The notes beneath the pieces were generated by a model. That model saw only the letters and a list, made by a program, of their open reading frames with translations, was not told where the DNA came from and ran no database searches. DNA of 64,000 bases from an uncultured archaeon (GTDB lineage Archaea > EX4484-52 > LFW-46): assembly GCA_902384675.1 (NCBI GenBank), contig CABMCT010000025.1, forward strand, positions 2,791 through 66,790, given 5' to 3'. The position numbers were made by a program, and so were the translations under genes. Below, piece by piece: positions 29,064 through 39,390 of the stretch (positions within the stretch are counted from its first letter, which is position 1; each line of letters begins with the position of its first letter).

Positions 29064-30998
29064 TCATTTTTCCATTTCCCCCTTCCCGAACGGTATAAAC
29101 CTCTCTATCTCGCTCGCCCGGATTTTCTCGATTTTCTCTCTGGCGCCTTTCGGGCTCTTTGAAAGAAGCTCCCTTTTTATCTCCTCGGACAGCGTTTTTG
29201 CCTCTATGCGCCCGGGCTTTATAACAACAAACGGCTCAGGCACAGATGAAACCGCCCCGCAGACCAGCTCGCCATTTTTGATTCCGATAGCAAGCCGAAG
29301 CTCTGTCTTAAAGCTGTTTTTCTTGCCGTAGACCATAAACGAGCCCTTTGAGATATATTCTCCAGCAGGTGTTTTTTTGGTCACCTGCTCCGGGAGAACC
29401 CAATATGTGTCAACAACGCCCACTCCTGCCTGCCATGCACGGGAATATGACGCAACAAATTCAAGCGCTTCTTTTATTGATTTATCATCAACCGGCTTTC
29501 CCCGCGTTTTCAGGAGGCCAAAAGGCGAGCCTGTGATGTCTGCATGAATCACCAAGTCCGTTTTTTCCACGCGCTTTTTTATCAGCTCCTCGTTTGTGTC
29601 CGCGTCCCTGCCGCAGACGCATAAAAAGCTGCCGGAAGTGAAAAACCACCTGAACTCGTGGTACCATTCCTTTTTTTTAGGCACCGGCGCTATCTTTTTC
29701 TCCGTGATTTCCTCTTTATGAGATTCCATTTCTTTTTTTGTCCGCTCGATTTCAAGTCTTAAGCGCGCAATTTTTTCTTTCAGCTGCTTTGCGCGGGCAT
29801 AATATTTTTCGGCGCTTTTTGACAGCGGATGCTCGTAAAAAACGACTATCTTTTCTCCTTCAAGATCTAATGTTATTGTTTTCTCCTTATGATTTATCTT
29901 GTGTTTTTCTTTTTCCTGGATTGCGCACTGGAATAATTCAAAGTTTGCATAAATCAAGTCCCCTGTCTTTTTTGCATGCTCGGCTTCCTTTTCAATGGAG
30001 TCTAGCGCAGAAACCTGCTGCATGAGCCTTATATTGAATTTCTCGGTTTTGACTTTTTCTCCCTTTTCGGTTGCCGCGACTTTAGGCGAACTTATTGCGG
30101 CAGTGCTTGTGAAATAATCCGCAACAGCTTCATTAAATGTCTCTTTTTTCTCTTTTGCCATGTTCTTATGCCGCTCCATATCAAACGGCGCAAAATCAAT
30201 TATTGTTTTTTCCAGCCATTCGCCCTTTGCTTCGGGCTGGAAAGCTTCGAGCGCCAGCGAGACGACTTTATCCCGCACAACATACGGCGAAGGTTTTTCT
30301 TCAAGTATTTTTTTAATTTCGCGCGATATTGCAGAGATTTCTTTTTGGGAAAGCGTTTTGCAGTTTTTTGTCTTATCAATCCCGGCGCGCGAAAGGATTT
30401 CCTCTGCATATTCCCCGCCAAATGATAATTCTGACGCAAGAAAAACAACAACCTGCTTGTCGGATTCTTTTATTTTTGAGAGCGCCTCATCCATTTCTTT
30501 TTGGGGTTGGGGCTCCCCAAAAGCTTGGAATCCGTAGATTCCATGATTTTTTGCAGGGAATCTGTATTTTTCCCGCAGCTTTATCGAGCGGTCTTTCCAT
30601 TCCTGTTTTTCAAGCATTGACCATATTTTATACTCAGAATCAGTAAGCACGATATTTCCGTTCCTGAAAAGCTCGGCGATAATTTTATGAGTTTCTGTTT
30701 CGATAACAACAACCCTGTCAAAATCGTGCTGTGTGACTGCGGCAATCTTTTTTCCTCCGAGGTATTTGCGCAGCGTCATTGCAAATCCTGAAGGAGTCTG
30801 CGAATATTCGAAACGTTTTTTGGTAAGAAATAATTTTCCTGCCCCCAGCACAAGAGTATGCGTCCCTCTTTGCGGCACATGAAGCAGTATGTGGATTTCG
30901 CGGTCTTTCTGGTAGAATTTTTCCATTCTTGCGCCGCGAAGGCCCTGGAGTTCGGCCACAAGAAATTTAATATCAAGGGAGGAGAGCTCTTGTTTCAT
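29064..30998 (-). CDS. NFACT-family ribosome quality-control protein (Rqc2/FbpA homologue)
   Basis: NFACT-N start MKQELSSLDIKFLVAELQGLRGARMEKFYQ, a central coiled coil and a C-terminal DUF814-like HADITGSPFGLLKT. Confidence 0.85.
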   Translation of the reverse strand: MKQELSSLDIKFLVAELQGLRGARMEKFYQKDREIHILLHVPQRGTHTLVLGAGKLFLTKKRFEYSQTPSGFAMTLRKYLGGKKIAAVTQHDFDRVVVIETETHKIIAELFRNGNIVLTDSEYKIWSMLEKQEWKDRSIKLREKYRFPAKNHGIYGFQAFGEPQPQKEMDEALSKIKESDKQVVVFLASELSFGGEYAEEILSRAGIDKTKNCKTLSQKEISAISREIKKILEEKPSPYVVRDKVVSLALEAFQPEAKGEWLEKTIIDFAPFDMERHKNMAKEKKETFNEAVADYFTSTAAISSPKVAATEKGEKVKTEKFNIRLMQQVSALDSIEKEAEHAKKTGDLIYANFELFQCAIQEKEKHKINHKEKTITLDLEGEKIVVFYEHPLSKSAEKYYARAKQLKEKIARLRLEIERTKKEMESHKEEITEKKIAPVPKKKEWYHEFRWFFTSGSFLCVCGRDADTNEELIKKRVEKTDLVIHADITGSPFGLLKTRGKPVDDKSIKEALEFVASYSRAWQAGVGVVDTYWVLPEQVTKKTPAGEYISKGSFMVYGKKNSFKTELRLAIGIKNGELVCGAVSSVPEPFVVIKPGRIEAKTLSEEIKRELLSKSPKGAREKIEKIRASEIERFIPFGKGEMEK

Positions 30999-31079
30999 AT
31001 AATTAGTTTATTCTCGACTTTTTAATAAGTTGAATGTACAGTAGTTGACTTTTTAAATGTTTCGCAACCATCAGGTAGT

Positions 31080-31472
31080 GTGGTTTGCATGGGTTGGAAA
31101 AATCTCGGGAAGGTGGATTTAGCGACAAACTACTGTATTATTAGTGTCAATAATACTCTTTTTGGCGTATTCTGCTACAGAGGAGATAGTAAAACGCCTT
31201 TAGGTACCGCATATCGCGCAAGCAGAGATAAAGAATGGACTGGGGAGATTACTTGTGGAACAAGAATTACATTTTACAAAGACAAATATGCGGATATCTG
31301 TGAAATCTTTAACGAAAATGATATATTCCTGTCAAATGCTGAAGTAACTGTAAATATTTTGCAAAGCGAGTCTAATAAAGAAGAGCTCGAAAAGAATCGC
31401 CATCTACCGCAAATCGTTTCTCTTCTTAAGGGTGAAATAAATAGTAAAGACAAAGATGTTCCACAAATTTAA
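31080..31472 (+). CDS. hypothetical protein
   Basis: 130-aa ORF (GTG start). No motif recognised. Confidence 0.35.
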   Translation: MVCMGWKNLGKVDLATNYCIISVNNTLFGVFCYRGDSKTPLGTAYRASRDKEWTGEITCGTRITFYKDKYADICEIFNENDIFLSNAEVTVNILQSESNKEELEKNRHLPQIVSLLKGEINSKDKDVPQI

Positions 31473-31495
31473 GCCTTCCCTTCCTTACTTATTTT

Positions 31496-32476
31496 ATGAT
31501 TCCGGTCATCTCGCTTCGCTCGATGCTTTTGGGAACCACAAATCCCAAAATACCAGAAACCCTCAAATTGCTTCTTCGCCGCCAGAATTACGGTCTTGTT
31601 GGCAACCATTCTGCGGCCAAAATCTGCGAGTGGACCAAAAAATCCCTGCGAAACGAAGGCGTCTGCTACAAGGAAAAATTCTACGGCAAGTTGCACGGAA
31701 TCAGGAGCCATACATGCCTGCAGATGACTCCTTCGGCATACTTCTGCCCGAACAGGTGCATCTATTGCTGGCGCGCGACAGATAAAACCCTTGCAAATAC
31801 AATGGACGGTTTCGAGGCTGACGAGCCAGAAGAGATTGTGGAAAAATCAATAGAAGCGCAGCGCCTTCTTCTTTCCGGCTTTAAGGGCTACAAAAACGTT
31901 AATATGAAAAAGTGGAAAGAGGCACAGGACCCGAAAAACGCAGCAATTTCACTAACTGGAGAGCCTACAGCTTATCCGAAAATTTCCGGGCTAATCAACG
32001 AATTTGCGAGGCGCAAAATGAGCACTTTTCTTGTCACAAACGGACAATTTCCGGAGCAGCTCGAAAATATTGAGGAGCCGTCGCAGCTTTATCTCTCTCT
32101 TGATGCGCCGACAAAGGAGATTTACAAAACCGCAGACATCCCGCAGTTTTCTGATTTCTGGGAACGGTTTAACAGGACAGTAGAACTGATGCCTTCTTTT
32201 TCCTGCAAAAAAGCAGTGCGCTTGACAATTGTAAAGGGAAAGAACGATTCGCACCCGAAAGAATATGCAGAACTGATAAAAAAAGCAGGCGCTGATTTTG
32301 TCGAGATAAAGGCGTACATGTGGATCGGATTCTCGCAGAGGAGGCTGCCGATTGAGGCAATGCCTTCTTTTTTGGAAGTAAAGGATTTTGCTCTAAAGCT
32401 GAACGAATTTCTGGGATATGAGTACAAGGACGAGGACGAGAGGAGCAGGGTTGTGCTGCTGGCGAAAAGTATTTAA
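31496..32476 (+). CDS. taw1: tRNA 4-demethylwyosine synthase (radical SAM, Taw1/TYW1)
   Basis: LRRQNYGLVGNHSAAKICEWTKKSL and the radical-SAM cluster motif CPNRCIYCWR. Confidence 0.85.
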   Translation: MIPVISLRSMLLGTTNPKIPETLKLLLRRQNYGLVGNHSAAKICEWTKKSLRNEGVCYKEKFYGKLHGIRSHTCLQMTPSAYFCPNRCIYCWRATDKTLANTMDGFEADEPEEIVEKSIEAQRLLLSGFKGYKNVNMKKWKEAQDPKNAAISLTGEPTAYPKISGLINEFARRKMSTFLVTNGQFPEQLENIEEPSQLYLSLDAPTKEIYKTADIPQFSDFWERFNRTVELMPSFSCKKAVRLTIVKGKNDSHPKEYAELIKKAGADFVEIKAYMWIGFSQRRLPIEAMPSFLEVKDFALKLNEFLGYEYKDEDERSRVVLLAKSI

Positions 32477-32512
32477 ATATATGCGACTTACGAGTGGTTA
32501 TACTGTGATTCA

Positions 32513-32878
32513 ATGAGCCGAATGAAGATGACAGGTCCTGTATATATTATTACTATGTTTGAGCCGCATCCGAATCCGGGTGGAGTCGTTTCAAATCTTG
32601 TTCAATTTTCAAGCAGCAATGTTTCTATAGATTTCGGTATAAATACTGTGCGTTCTGGCCTGACTCTGGCGGAATATGTTTCTTTAATGAGCGAATTGAA
32701 CTCCGAGTCGCCGGTTAAGATAGCATATGCAGATCTTTTTGACCCTCAGAATAATTATAAAGTAGTATTTGAACAGGTAATGCCTTCGCAGAGTTTGGGA
32801 AAAGGCTTCTATGCGTTTCTGGAAGCGCTTCGATATATGCCGAGAAATTGTTTCAAAAATATAAACACCCTCAAATAA
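32513..32878 (+). CDS. hypothetical protein
   Basis: 121-aa ORF. No motif recognised. Confidence 0.35.
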   Translation: MSRMKMTGPVYIITMFEPHPNPGGVVSNLVQFSSSNVSIDFGINTVRSGLTLAEYVSLMSELNSESPVKIAYADLFDPQNNYKVVFEQVMPSQSLGKGFYAFLEALRYMPRNCFKNINTLK

Positions 32879-32887
32879 AGTAATGCT

Positions 32888-35281
32888 ATGCGCGCTTCGT
32901 ACTGGATTCATCGTCGCTCAATCGCGGGTTCAACGTTTTCATCTCGTTTCGCTTGCGCTCACTCGAAGCTTTCCAGCCTAAGCCAATTGGTGAATTGCTG
33001 GAAATGCCGCGCTTTCGTTCCTCTTGCTTTACTAGTTATCATTTCAGGCTGCATTTCAGGATTCCCGGGTTCCGGCGGTTCAGGCGGGGTCTCGATAACT
33101 TCAATGTCTTTTAGCCCTTCAAGCATAAAAAGCAACCAGCTTGCAAAGTTTTCTGTTTCTGTCCAGAATACAGGCGACTACAATATAGAAAATGACGAAG
33201 GCTATGTATATGTTTTCGGCCTGCCTGACGAATGGCAGATAAGCGACAAGTCGGATATTACCTCATATTCGCAGCAGTTCAGCATGGCAGGAATACAAAA
33301 CCGCGGGGGAAAGATTTTTCCCGGGGAAACAAAGGATTTCCAGTGGGTGTTAAGGGCGCCACAGAATCTTCCGAAAGACGAGATTTTTTCTTATAATGCG
33401 CAGGCACGCGTCTGTTATCCTTACAAGACAAAAGTCTGGGGAACTCTTGAAGTCATGTCCGAGGATGCATGGTTGCAGAACCCGCCAAAAGAGCACCAGA
33501 TATCAGCCCAACAGACAAAAGGTCCTATAAGCGTAGAGTTCCTTTCAAGCCAGCCGCTTGCAGCCTCGGACAGCGTGAAAATAAAAGTCAGGATTACAAA
33601 TACCGGCGGAGGCACTGTAACCACGAATCCCTGTTCGATTTTCCAATCAGGAGGAGCGGACGACAGCGCAAATGCACAGATTATAAATGGACTGAATAAA
33701 ATCACTCTTGAGAACAGCGATTGCACGCTTGATGACCCTGACCTTTACCTGCAAAAAGGCCAGTCAAAGGAGACTTCCATTACGTGTGCTGCGCCTTCCC
33801 TTGATAACGCGCCGACAAATACAGGGAATTTCATCATGGAATTATCATATACTTATTATTTCGACAAGTCCGCTTCAATCAGCGTGACCGGCACATCAGA
33901 GGCAGCAGCCGGAGGTGCCGTAAGCGGAGGCGGTGCTGGCGGTGTGCCGACAGTAACGCTTACTGATTTGTGCACGAAGTCATGTGTGGCGGCAAAGCAG
34001 ACTCTCAGCGGTTCAGAAGCACGCGGAATGTGCAGGTCCCAGAAAGAATCATCCTCGCTTATCTATCCTCCGGGAAATACTTTCGGATTCCAGTTATTGC
34101 TTGCGCCGTTAGGGTATGATGAATTGAAGAATAAGCTTGCTGTCATAAGCAAAGAAGATTTCTCAAGCATATATTCTGGAAATGCGAATTCGGTTACAAT
34201 AAACGACCTTAAGCTGCATGATGCGCGCACAGGCGACTTTACTCCCGAAGATATCGTAAACGGGAACAACAAGCCAAGGGCAGACGGGACTTTAAGGACA
34301 AACGGATTACTGGATTTGACAATTAAGGACCTTGATTCCGGCACGCTTACAAAGCAGTACACACAGGCGATGTTTGATGCAGATACAGACGGCGACGGGC
34401 TTCCGGACTGGTTCGAGGAAAAATATGCATCAAAAATAATAAGCGCGGATAGCAAGGACACTGACAAAAATGGCGTGAATGATCCCGATGAAATGTATAA
34501 GAAAGGCTTAACCTATATGCAGGAATATCTGATTGAGAAAGATACCGCGTACAGGAGTCTTGGTATTGCAGATTATATTTGCAAAAACTATCCGACAGGG
34601 CAGGATATCGGAGGAAAGATAGTCCTTACAAGCCACCCGACAAGCGATTCAGATATTGCAGCCTGCAGGGCCCGAGTAGGTCCTATAAAACTGATAGACC
34701 TCGCGAGCGTTTCTTTCAATGGCAAGGAATACAAGCCGGGCTCGGATGCAGACGCGCTGAAAAACCTTCCGACAGACAGCCTGAAGATAATTGCAATCGA
34801 CGGTTTCAGTATTTCGGACATAGCAAAATCAAACCCGAGCAGGAAAATCCGCAGCACTATCGCAGATATAAATATCGGCGATATCTATGTCACTGCAATT
34901 CCTGCTCTTACAACAAACTACCAGAATTTCCTCAAATACGGCAAATGCTCAGACAAATATGCGCCTTCGCAATATTCGCGCGATATTATATGCAAGTGCA
35001 CGCTCCAGTCTGGCAATCAACTTGATACATGGCAGCCTTCATCTGCCGACAGTACCCAGTGCCGCGCGACATGCAAGAACAAGATCGGCACTGAAAGCGG
35101 CGAGTGCTCAAAAAGAGCATCATACGCAAGTGGACAGATTTGCAAGGACTCAAAAGTTGTTGAAATAAGGACATTTAGCGGCTCTACTGACTTGGGCTGC
35201 GGAAGCGATACCTGCGTTTGCATCGGAAAGGCGCTTGCAACGCTTTCGCCACAGGACGTGCCTATTGTATGCAAGCAATAG
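32888..35281 (+). CDS. large extracellular protein with thrombospondin-type-3-like Ca-binding repeats and a Cys-rich C-terminus
   Basis: N-terminal hydrophobic helix ending in ISGC. DADTDGDGLPDWFE and DTDKNGVNDPDE are Asp-rich calcium-binding-type repeats. Many Cys residues occur in the last ~130 aa. Confidence 0.6.
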   Translation: MRASYWIHRRSIAGSTFSSRFACAHSKLSSLSQLVNCWKCRAFVPLALLVIISGCISGFPGSGGSGGVSITSMSFSPSSIKSNQLAKFSVSVQNTGDYNIENDEGYVYVFGLPDEWQISDKSDITSYSQQFSMAGIQNRGGKIFPGETKDFQWVLRAPQNLPKDEIFSYNAQARVCYPYKTKVWGTLEVMSEDAWLQNPPKEHQISAQQTKGPISVEFLSSQPLAASDSVKIKVRITNTGGGTVTTNPCSIFQSGGADDSANAQIINGLNKITLENSDCTLDDPDLYLQKGQSKETSITCAAPSLDNAPTNTGNFIMELSYTYYFDKSASISVTGTSEAAAGGAVSGGGAGGVPTVTLTDLCTKSCVAAKQTLSGSEARGMCRSQKESSSLIYPPGNTFGFQLLLAPLGYDELKNKLAVISKEDFSSIYSGNANSVTINDLKLHDARTGDFTPEDIVNGNNKPRADGTLRTNGLLDLTIKDLDSGTLTKQYTQAMFDADTDGDGLPDWFEEKYASKIISADSKDTDKNGVNDPDEMYKKGLTYMQEYLIEKDTAYRSLGIADYICKNYPTGQDIGGKIVLTSHPTSDSDIAACRARVGPIKLIDLASVSFNGKEYKPGSDADALKNLPTDSLKIIAIDGFSISDIAKSNPSRKIRSTIADINIGDIYVTAIPALTTNYQNFLKYGKCSDKYAPSQYSRDIICKCTLQSGNQLDTWQPSSADSTQCRATCKNKIGTESGECSKRASYASGQICKDSKVVEIRTFSGSTDLGCGSDTCVCIGKALATLSPQDVPIVCKQ

Positions 35282-35316
35282 ATTTTGCTTAAATAATTGA
35301 TTTGCGAAATAATAGC

Positions 35317-36606
35317 ATGAAATTCTTCTGCGACCTCCACCTTCATTCCAGGTTCAGCCGCGCGACTTCAAAAGACCTGACAATCCCGAACCTGGACAAG
35401 TATGCCCGGATAAAAGGCCTGAATATTCTTGGCACAGGAGATTTTACCCACCCGAAATGGTTTGCCGAACTGAAAGAAGTCCTGCACGAGGACGGCACAG
35501 GCATACCAAAATCGGCCAATGGAATGAATTATATTTTCCAGGCAGAAGTCTCAAGCATCTACACGCAGGATGGCAGTGGCAGAAGGATACACAACATAAT
35601 CCTTGCGCCAAGTTTTGAAATCGTTGCGCAGATAAACGAATTTCTTTCAAAAAAAGGAAACCTTTTATCAGACGGCAGGCCGATTATCGGAAGATACCCG
35701 TGCTACGAAATGGTTGCGGACCTGAAAAAAATCTCAAAAGACATCGAGATAATTCCCGCGCATATCTGGACTCCGTGGTTCTCGCTTTTCGGCTCAATGT
35801 CCGGTTTTGACAGGATTGAGGACTGTTTCAAGGACCAGGCAAAGCACATTTTTGCGCTGGAAACCGGATTATCAAGCGACCCTGCAATGAACTGGCGGCT
35901 TTCTGCACTGGACAGATTCGCGCTTGTTTCCAATTCTGACGCTCATTCATTCTGGCCATGGAGAATAGGAAGGGAGTGTAATATCTTTGACTTTGACCCG
36001 GATAAATTGACTTACAAAGGATTGATCGGCTCGCTCAAGGAAAAAGACCCGAAGAAATTTTTAGGGACCGTTGAAGTAAACCCTGCTTACGGCAAATATC
36101 ATGTTGACGGCCATCGGCTCTGCAATGTTTCGATGATGCCAAAAGAAACAAAAAAGAATAACGGCATCTGCCCTGTCTGCGGAAAGCCCCTGACAATCGG
36201 AGTGCTAAACCGTGTTGAAGAGCTTGCCGACAGGGAAGAGGGCTATGTCCCAAAAGGCGCAATCCCGTTCTATACAATGCTGCCGCTTTCAGAAGTTATT
36301 GCAAACGTGATGGGGGAAGGAAATGTCTCATCAAAAAAAGTCTGGGCTGTTTTTAACACTCTGATAGGAAAGTTCGGGAATGAATTCGCAGTTCTGACTG
36401 ATGCCCCACGCGATGAGCTGGAAAAGCTTATCGCCCCAAAAATCGCAGATGCAATAATGAAAAACCGGATTGGGGCAATAGAAGTAAAGCCGGGGTATGA
36501 CGGCGTTTACGGCGTGCCTATATTTGATAAGGAAGAAATGGCGCGGGAGACGGAAAGGGCTGAGAAAGCACAAAAGCGGCCTCAAAAGCGTCTTTTAGAC
36601 TTTTAA
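35317..36606 (+). CDS. endoQ: endonuclease Q (PHP-domain deaminated-base endonuclease)
   Basis: FCDLHLHSRFSRATS, GTGDFTHPKW, PAHIWTPWFSLFG, SNSDAHS, zinc finger CPVCGKPLTIGVLNRVEELAD and PGYDGVYG are collinear with characterised EndoQ. Confidence 0.8.
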   Translation: MKFFCDLHLHSRFSRATSKDLTIPNLDKYARIKGLNILGTGDFTHPKWFAELKEVLHEDGTGIPKSANGMNYIFQAEVSSIYTQDGSGRRIHNIILAPSFEIVAQINEFLSKKGNLLSDGRPIIGRYPCYEMVADLKKISKDIEIIPAHIWTPWFSLFGSMSGFDRIEDCFKDQAKHIFALETGLSSDPAMNWRLSALDRFALVSNSDAHSFWPWRIGRECNIFDFDPDKLTYKGLIGSLKEKDPKKFLGTVEVNPAYGKYHVDGHRLCNVSMMPKETKKNNGICPVCGKPLTIGVLNRVEELADREEGYVPKGAIPFYTMLPLSEVIANVMGEGNVSSKKVWAVFNTLIGKFGNEFAVLTDAPRDELEKLIAPKIADAIMKNRIGAIEVKPGYDGVYGVPIFDKEEMARETERAEKAQKRPQKRLLDF

Positions 36607-36651
36607 ACCTTTCTTAGCAAATATCTTAAGAATAAGAACCACACATCTCGT

Positions 36652-36764
36652 GCAGGGGTACTCAAGCGGTCTAAGCGCGCGAAGCAATTCATGCGCGACA
36701 AAAGAGGCAGGACTGAGGCTTCTGTGGGTTAGTCCCTTCGGGGGTTCAAATCCCCTCCCCTGCA
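36652..36764 (+). tRNA. tRNA-Leu(GAG) with a ~29-nt intron at a non-canonical D-arm position
   Basis: Manual fold. Acceptor stem is GCAGGGG/CCCCTGC with discriminator A. The D-stem CTC/GAG forms only after removing about 36676-36704. The anticodon stem is CAGGA/TTCTG with loop CTGAGGC. The long variable arm is TGGGTTAGTCCCTTC and the T-arm is GGGGG-TTCAAAT-CCCCT. The intron forms its own CGCGCG/GCGCG helix. Confidence 0.75.
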
Positions 36765-36825
36765 TACGAAGAAAGTCATAGTCCCATACCTCGCCTTTTA
36801 ACGGCGGGTTATACAAGGTGAGCGT

Positions 36826-38106
36826 ATGGGAGTAAATGACATAAAAGAAAAATTATACGATTTGAATGTAGATATGGCAAGGACGAACAATCTTATACAG
36901 AACGGCTCTAAGAGAGCGAAAAATCAAACACAATTAAGCGAAAAAAACAAGCAAACACTATTTTCTTTCAGGGACTGGCTCATCAGCCGACAATTATCGC
37001 TTCTCCGGGTGAAGAAATACCTTTTGTTCGCGAGAACTATTGCCCAAACAGGAGACAAGGACTTGCCGGATTACACAAAGGCAGATGTCGATTTGGTGAT
37101 GTCAAAAATACGGCTATGCGGCAGGTACAAGCTGGCAAGCATAAACGATTTTGCCACGACTTTCAAGGTTCTATTCCGATTTATCGACGGCTTGGATTCG
37201 GGTGAGCAAAGCCCAAGAACAAAGCATCTGAAGCAGAAGAAGCCGCAGAGCAGTTTAAGGCGCGAGGATTTGCTTACTGATGATGACGTGAATAAGCTTA
37301 TCTCTGCTGCTTCGGGCTTAAAAGACGGCCTGATGTATTCCTGCTTATTCAGCGTTCTATATGAAACAGGGTGCAGGCCTGGAGAGATACGCGGCATCAT
37401 GCTTAAAGACGTGGTGAAAAACGCGCATGGATACCGCATAAATGTTGACGGAAAGACCGGGAAGCGCGTTGTTTTCGCCATAGTATCGGCCCCGATGCTT
37501 GAGAAATGGATCAACGCTCATGCATTCAGAGAGAATCCGGAAAGCCCTCTGTTTTATTACATGACTAAGGGAGAGGCGCGCTTTATCACAAATTCGGCGT
37601 TTAACAAGACAATCAGGATATTGAGCATGCATGTTCTCGGAAGGACAATAACGCCCTATTTGTTCAGGCATAGCAGATTGACGCAGTATGTCCTGAAAAA
37701 GGTCCCGGAAGGCGTAATACGAAAAGCAGTAGGCCACGCCCCGCAATCCCGCGCGCTAAGTACGTACACGCATCTTGTTGATGAGGACGTAGAGAACGAA
37801 ATGCTTACTATATCCGGAATTGAGGTCTCGCAAAAGAAGGTAGAGAATACGTTTGTTACTAAAACCTGCCCGAAGTGCAGCGCAGCAATATCTTCTCACG
37901 AGGCTTTGTGTTCCAAATGCGGGGCAATTGTCAGCGAAATCGGGATAATCACCGAAGAGATGGAGAAAGAAAAAAAGATGGCTCAACTGGAGGCGCGCTT
38001 AGAAACTATCGAGAAAATGTTTGGCGCAATTGAAATAACGCCGGAAGTTATGGATTCCATGCGGAGAAAACTGCCGGCTGCCGGAATGGTCAAACAAAGT
38101 GGGTAA
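36826..38106 (+). CDS. int: tyrosine recombinase/integrase with a C-terminal zinc ribbon
   Basis: Catalytic-domain segments GCRPGEIRGIMLKDV, LFRHSRLTQYV and VGHAPQSRALSTYTHL (R..HxxR..Y). CPKCSAAISSHEALCSKCGA lies near the C-terminus. Confidence 0.85.
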   Translation: MGVNDIKEKLYDLNVDMARTNNLIQNGSKRAKNQTQLSEKNKQTLFSFRDWLISRQLSLLRVKKYLLFARTIAQTGDKDLPDYTKADVDLVMSKIRLCGRYKLASINDFATTFKVLFRFIDGLDSGEQSPRTKHLKQKKPQSSLRREDLLTDDDVNKLISAASGLKDGLMYSCLFSVLYETGCRPGEIRGIMLKDVVKNAHGYRINVDGKTGKRVVFAIVSAPMLEKWINAHAFRENPESPLFYYMTKGEARFITNSAFNKTIRILSMHVLGRTITPYLFRHSRLTQYVLKKVPEGVIRKAVGHAPQSRALSTYTHLVDEDVENEMLTISGIEVSQKKVENTFVTKTCPKCSAAISSHEALCSKCGAIVSEIGIITEEMEKEKKMAQLEARLETIEKMFGAIEITPEVMDSMRRKLPAAGMVKQSG

Positions 38107-38142
38107 TTTTGGCGATTAACAAAGAAAGCAGTAGAGCACTTC

Positions 38143-39351
38143 CTAGTAAATCACGTTTCTAACGCTCCCTCGTCCAAAGTTAATATCATAACCGCCTTGG
38201 TACCCCACAACTGTTAGGATTAACCTAACTAAAAATGCCCTTTGCTTATAGAAGACTTTCCACTGGCGCTTAAAAAATTTCAATTGGCCTTCGTGAATTA
38301 TATCATTTCTAATATTGATAAATTTAAGATCACTTTTTCTGAATCTAAATCCAGCATCTTTAAAGAGATCAATCAAAATATCTTCAAATGAATTATTTAC
38401 CCACAAACCTTTCTTTGTCTGATGCTGAACTTTCGTGTGTTGCCCATTTTTCTTACAATATTCTCTATAACAATATTTGAGCCTTTCAAACGCGATACAT
38501 TGAAGGGCTATCTTCGCATCAATATTCGTTGGCGCAAGAGCTTCGATATAAAGTTCGATGACCCCCATTAGGCCATACTTAGTTTCCAGTTCGCTCCATA
38601 TCTTTAGGCCGGGCTCAATTATACTTTTTACCTTGTCTCCGCTAAAGTCTAAAACACTAAGCCCATAATCAAATGGCATTTTCTTACTTGAATGAAGTTC
38701 CCGTTTGAATGTTTTATCATCATAAAAAACGGTCTTATAACTGCAAGATATATAAGTTGACTTAGCAAAACTTAGAATATGAAGCACACGGTCGACCAAG
38801 CGGTCAATGTATTTTTCAGTCAGGCCATTTGGTTTTACAATTAAAATGCAGGTTGGCAAAACTCCGGAAAACTTTTTTAACTTCTCCAGATTTTCGTTAT
38901 ATCCTTTTATGATAGCTAATTGGAATTCGGCTCGGCCTGTTTTGAATGTGAAGTCGCCTATTAATGAACTTAACTCGAAATTATCTAATATATACTCAAT
39001 CTGGCAGATTTTCGGATTATTAGTTTTATTCGTGATGATGCAATTTTGAGCTTCAAGTCGAACATTTATTTTATCCTGCTTAGATTCATGGTGAATTATG
39101 ACTAGCCCATATGCTCTGAAAAAGTCACCATGATTGGTTTTCCCATCGAAGCTTATTGGTATTTTAATGTCCGATTGCCTTGGAAACGATTGGACATCTG
39201 CATCTTTTGTGACATCGAAAGTGAGTACTGTAGAACCATTGGAATAGTATTCATAAGCACCGGATAAATCGAACTTTTTTGAATTAACGCCATCTATTGT
39301 TAATGTTCCGAAGATGTTACCTTCTTCCTCACTTATTCTTTCATGATACAT
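38143..39351 (-). CDS. HEPN-motif protein, ApeA-like candidate defence effector
   Basis: 402 aa. The C-terminal INIRNDIIHEG matches the HEPN RNxxxH (Rx4H) motif. The large N-terminal domain is unassigned. Looks AT-rich by eye. Confidence 0.55.
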   Translation of the reverse strand: MYHERISEEEGNIFGTLTIDGVNSKKFDLSGAYEYYSNGSTVLTFDVTKDADVQSFPRQSDIKIPISFDGKTNHGDFFRAYGLVIIHHESKQDKINVRLEAQNCIITNKTNNPKICQIEYILDNFELSSLIGDFTFKTGRAEFQLAIIKGYNENLEKLKKFSGVLPTCILIVKPNGLTEKYIDRLVDRVLHILSFAKSTYISCSYKTVFYDDKTFKRELHSSKKMPFDYGLSVLDFSGDKVKSIIEPGLKIWSELETKYGLMGVIELYIEALAPTNIDAKIALQCIAFERLKYCYREYCKKNGQHTKVQHQTKKGLWVNNSFEDILIDLFKDAGFRFRKSDLKFINIRNDIIHEGQLKFFKRQWKVFYKQRAFLVRLILTVVGYQGGYDINFGRGSVRNVIY

Positions 39352-39390
39352 TATATGCCCCGTACACGCTTCACGTGAAGATTACAAATA

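Noticed and set aside
36595-36816. A 73-aa minus-strand ORF.
   Set aside because: It is entirely explained by the tRNA-Leu gene and its flanks on the plus strand.
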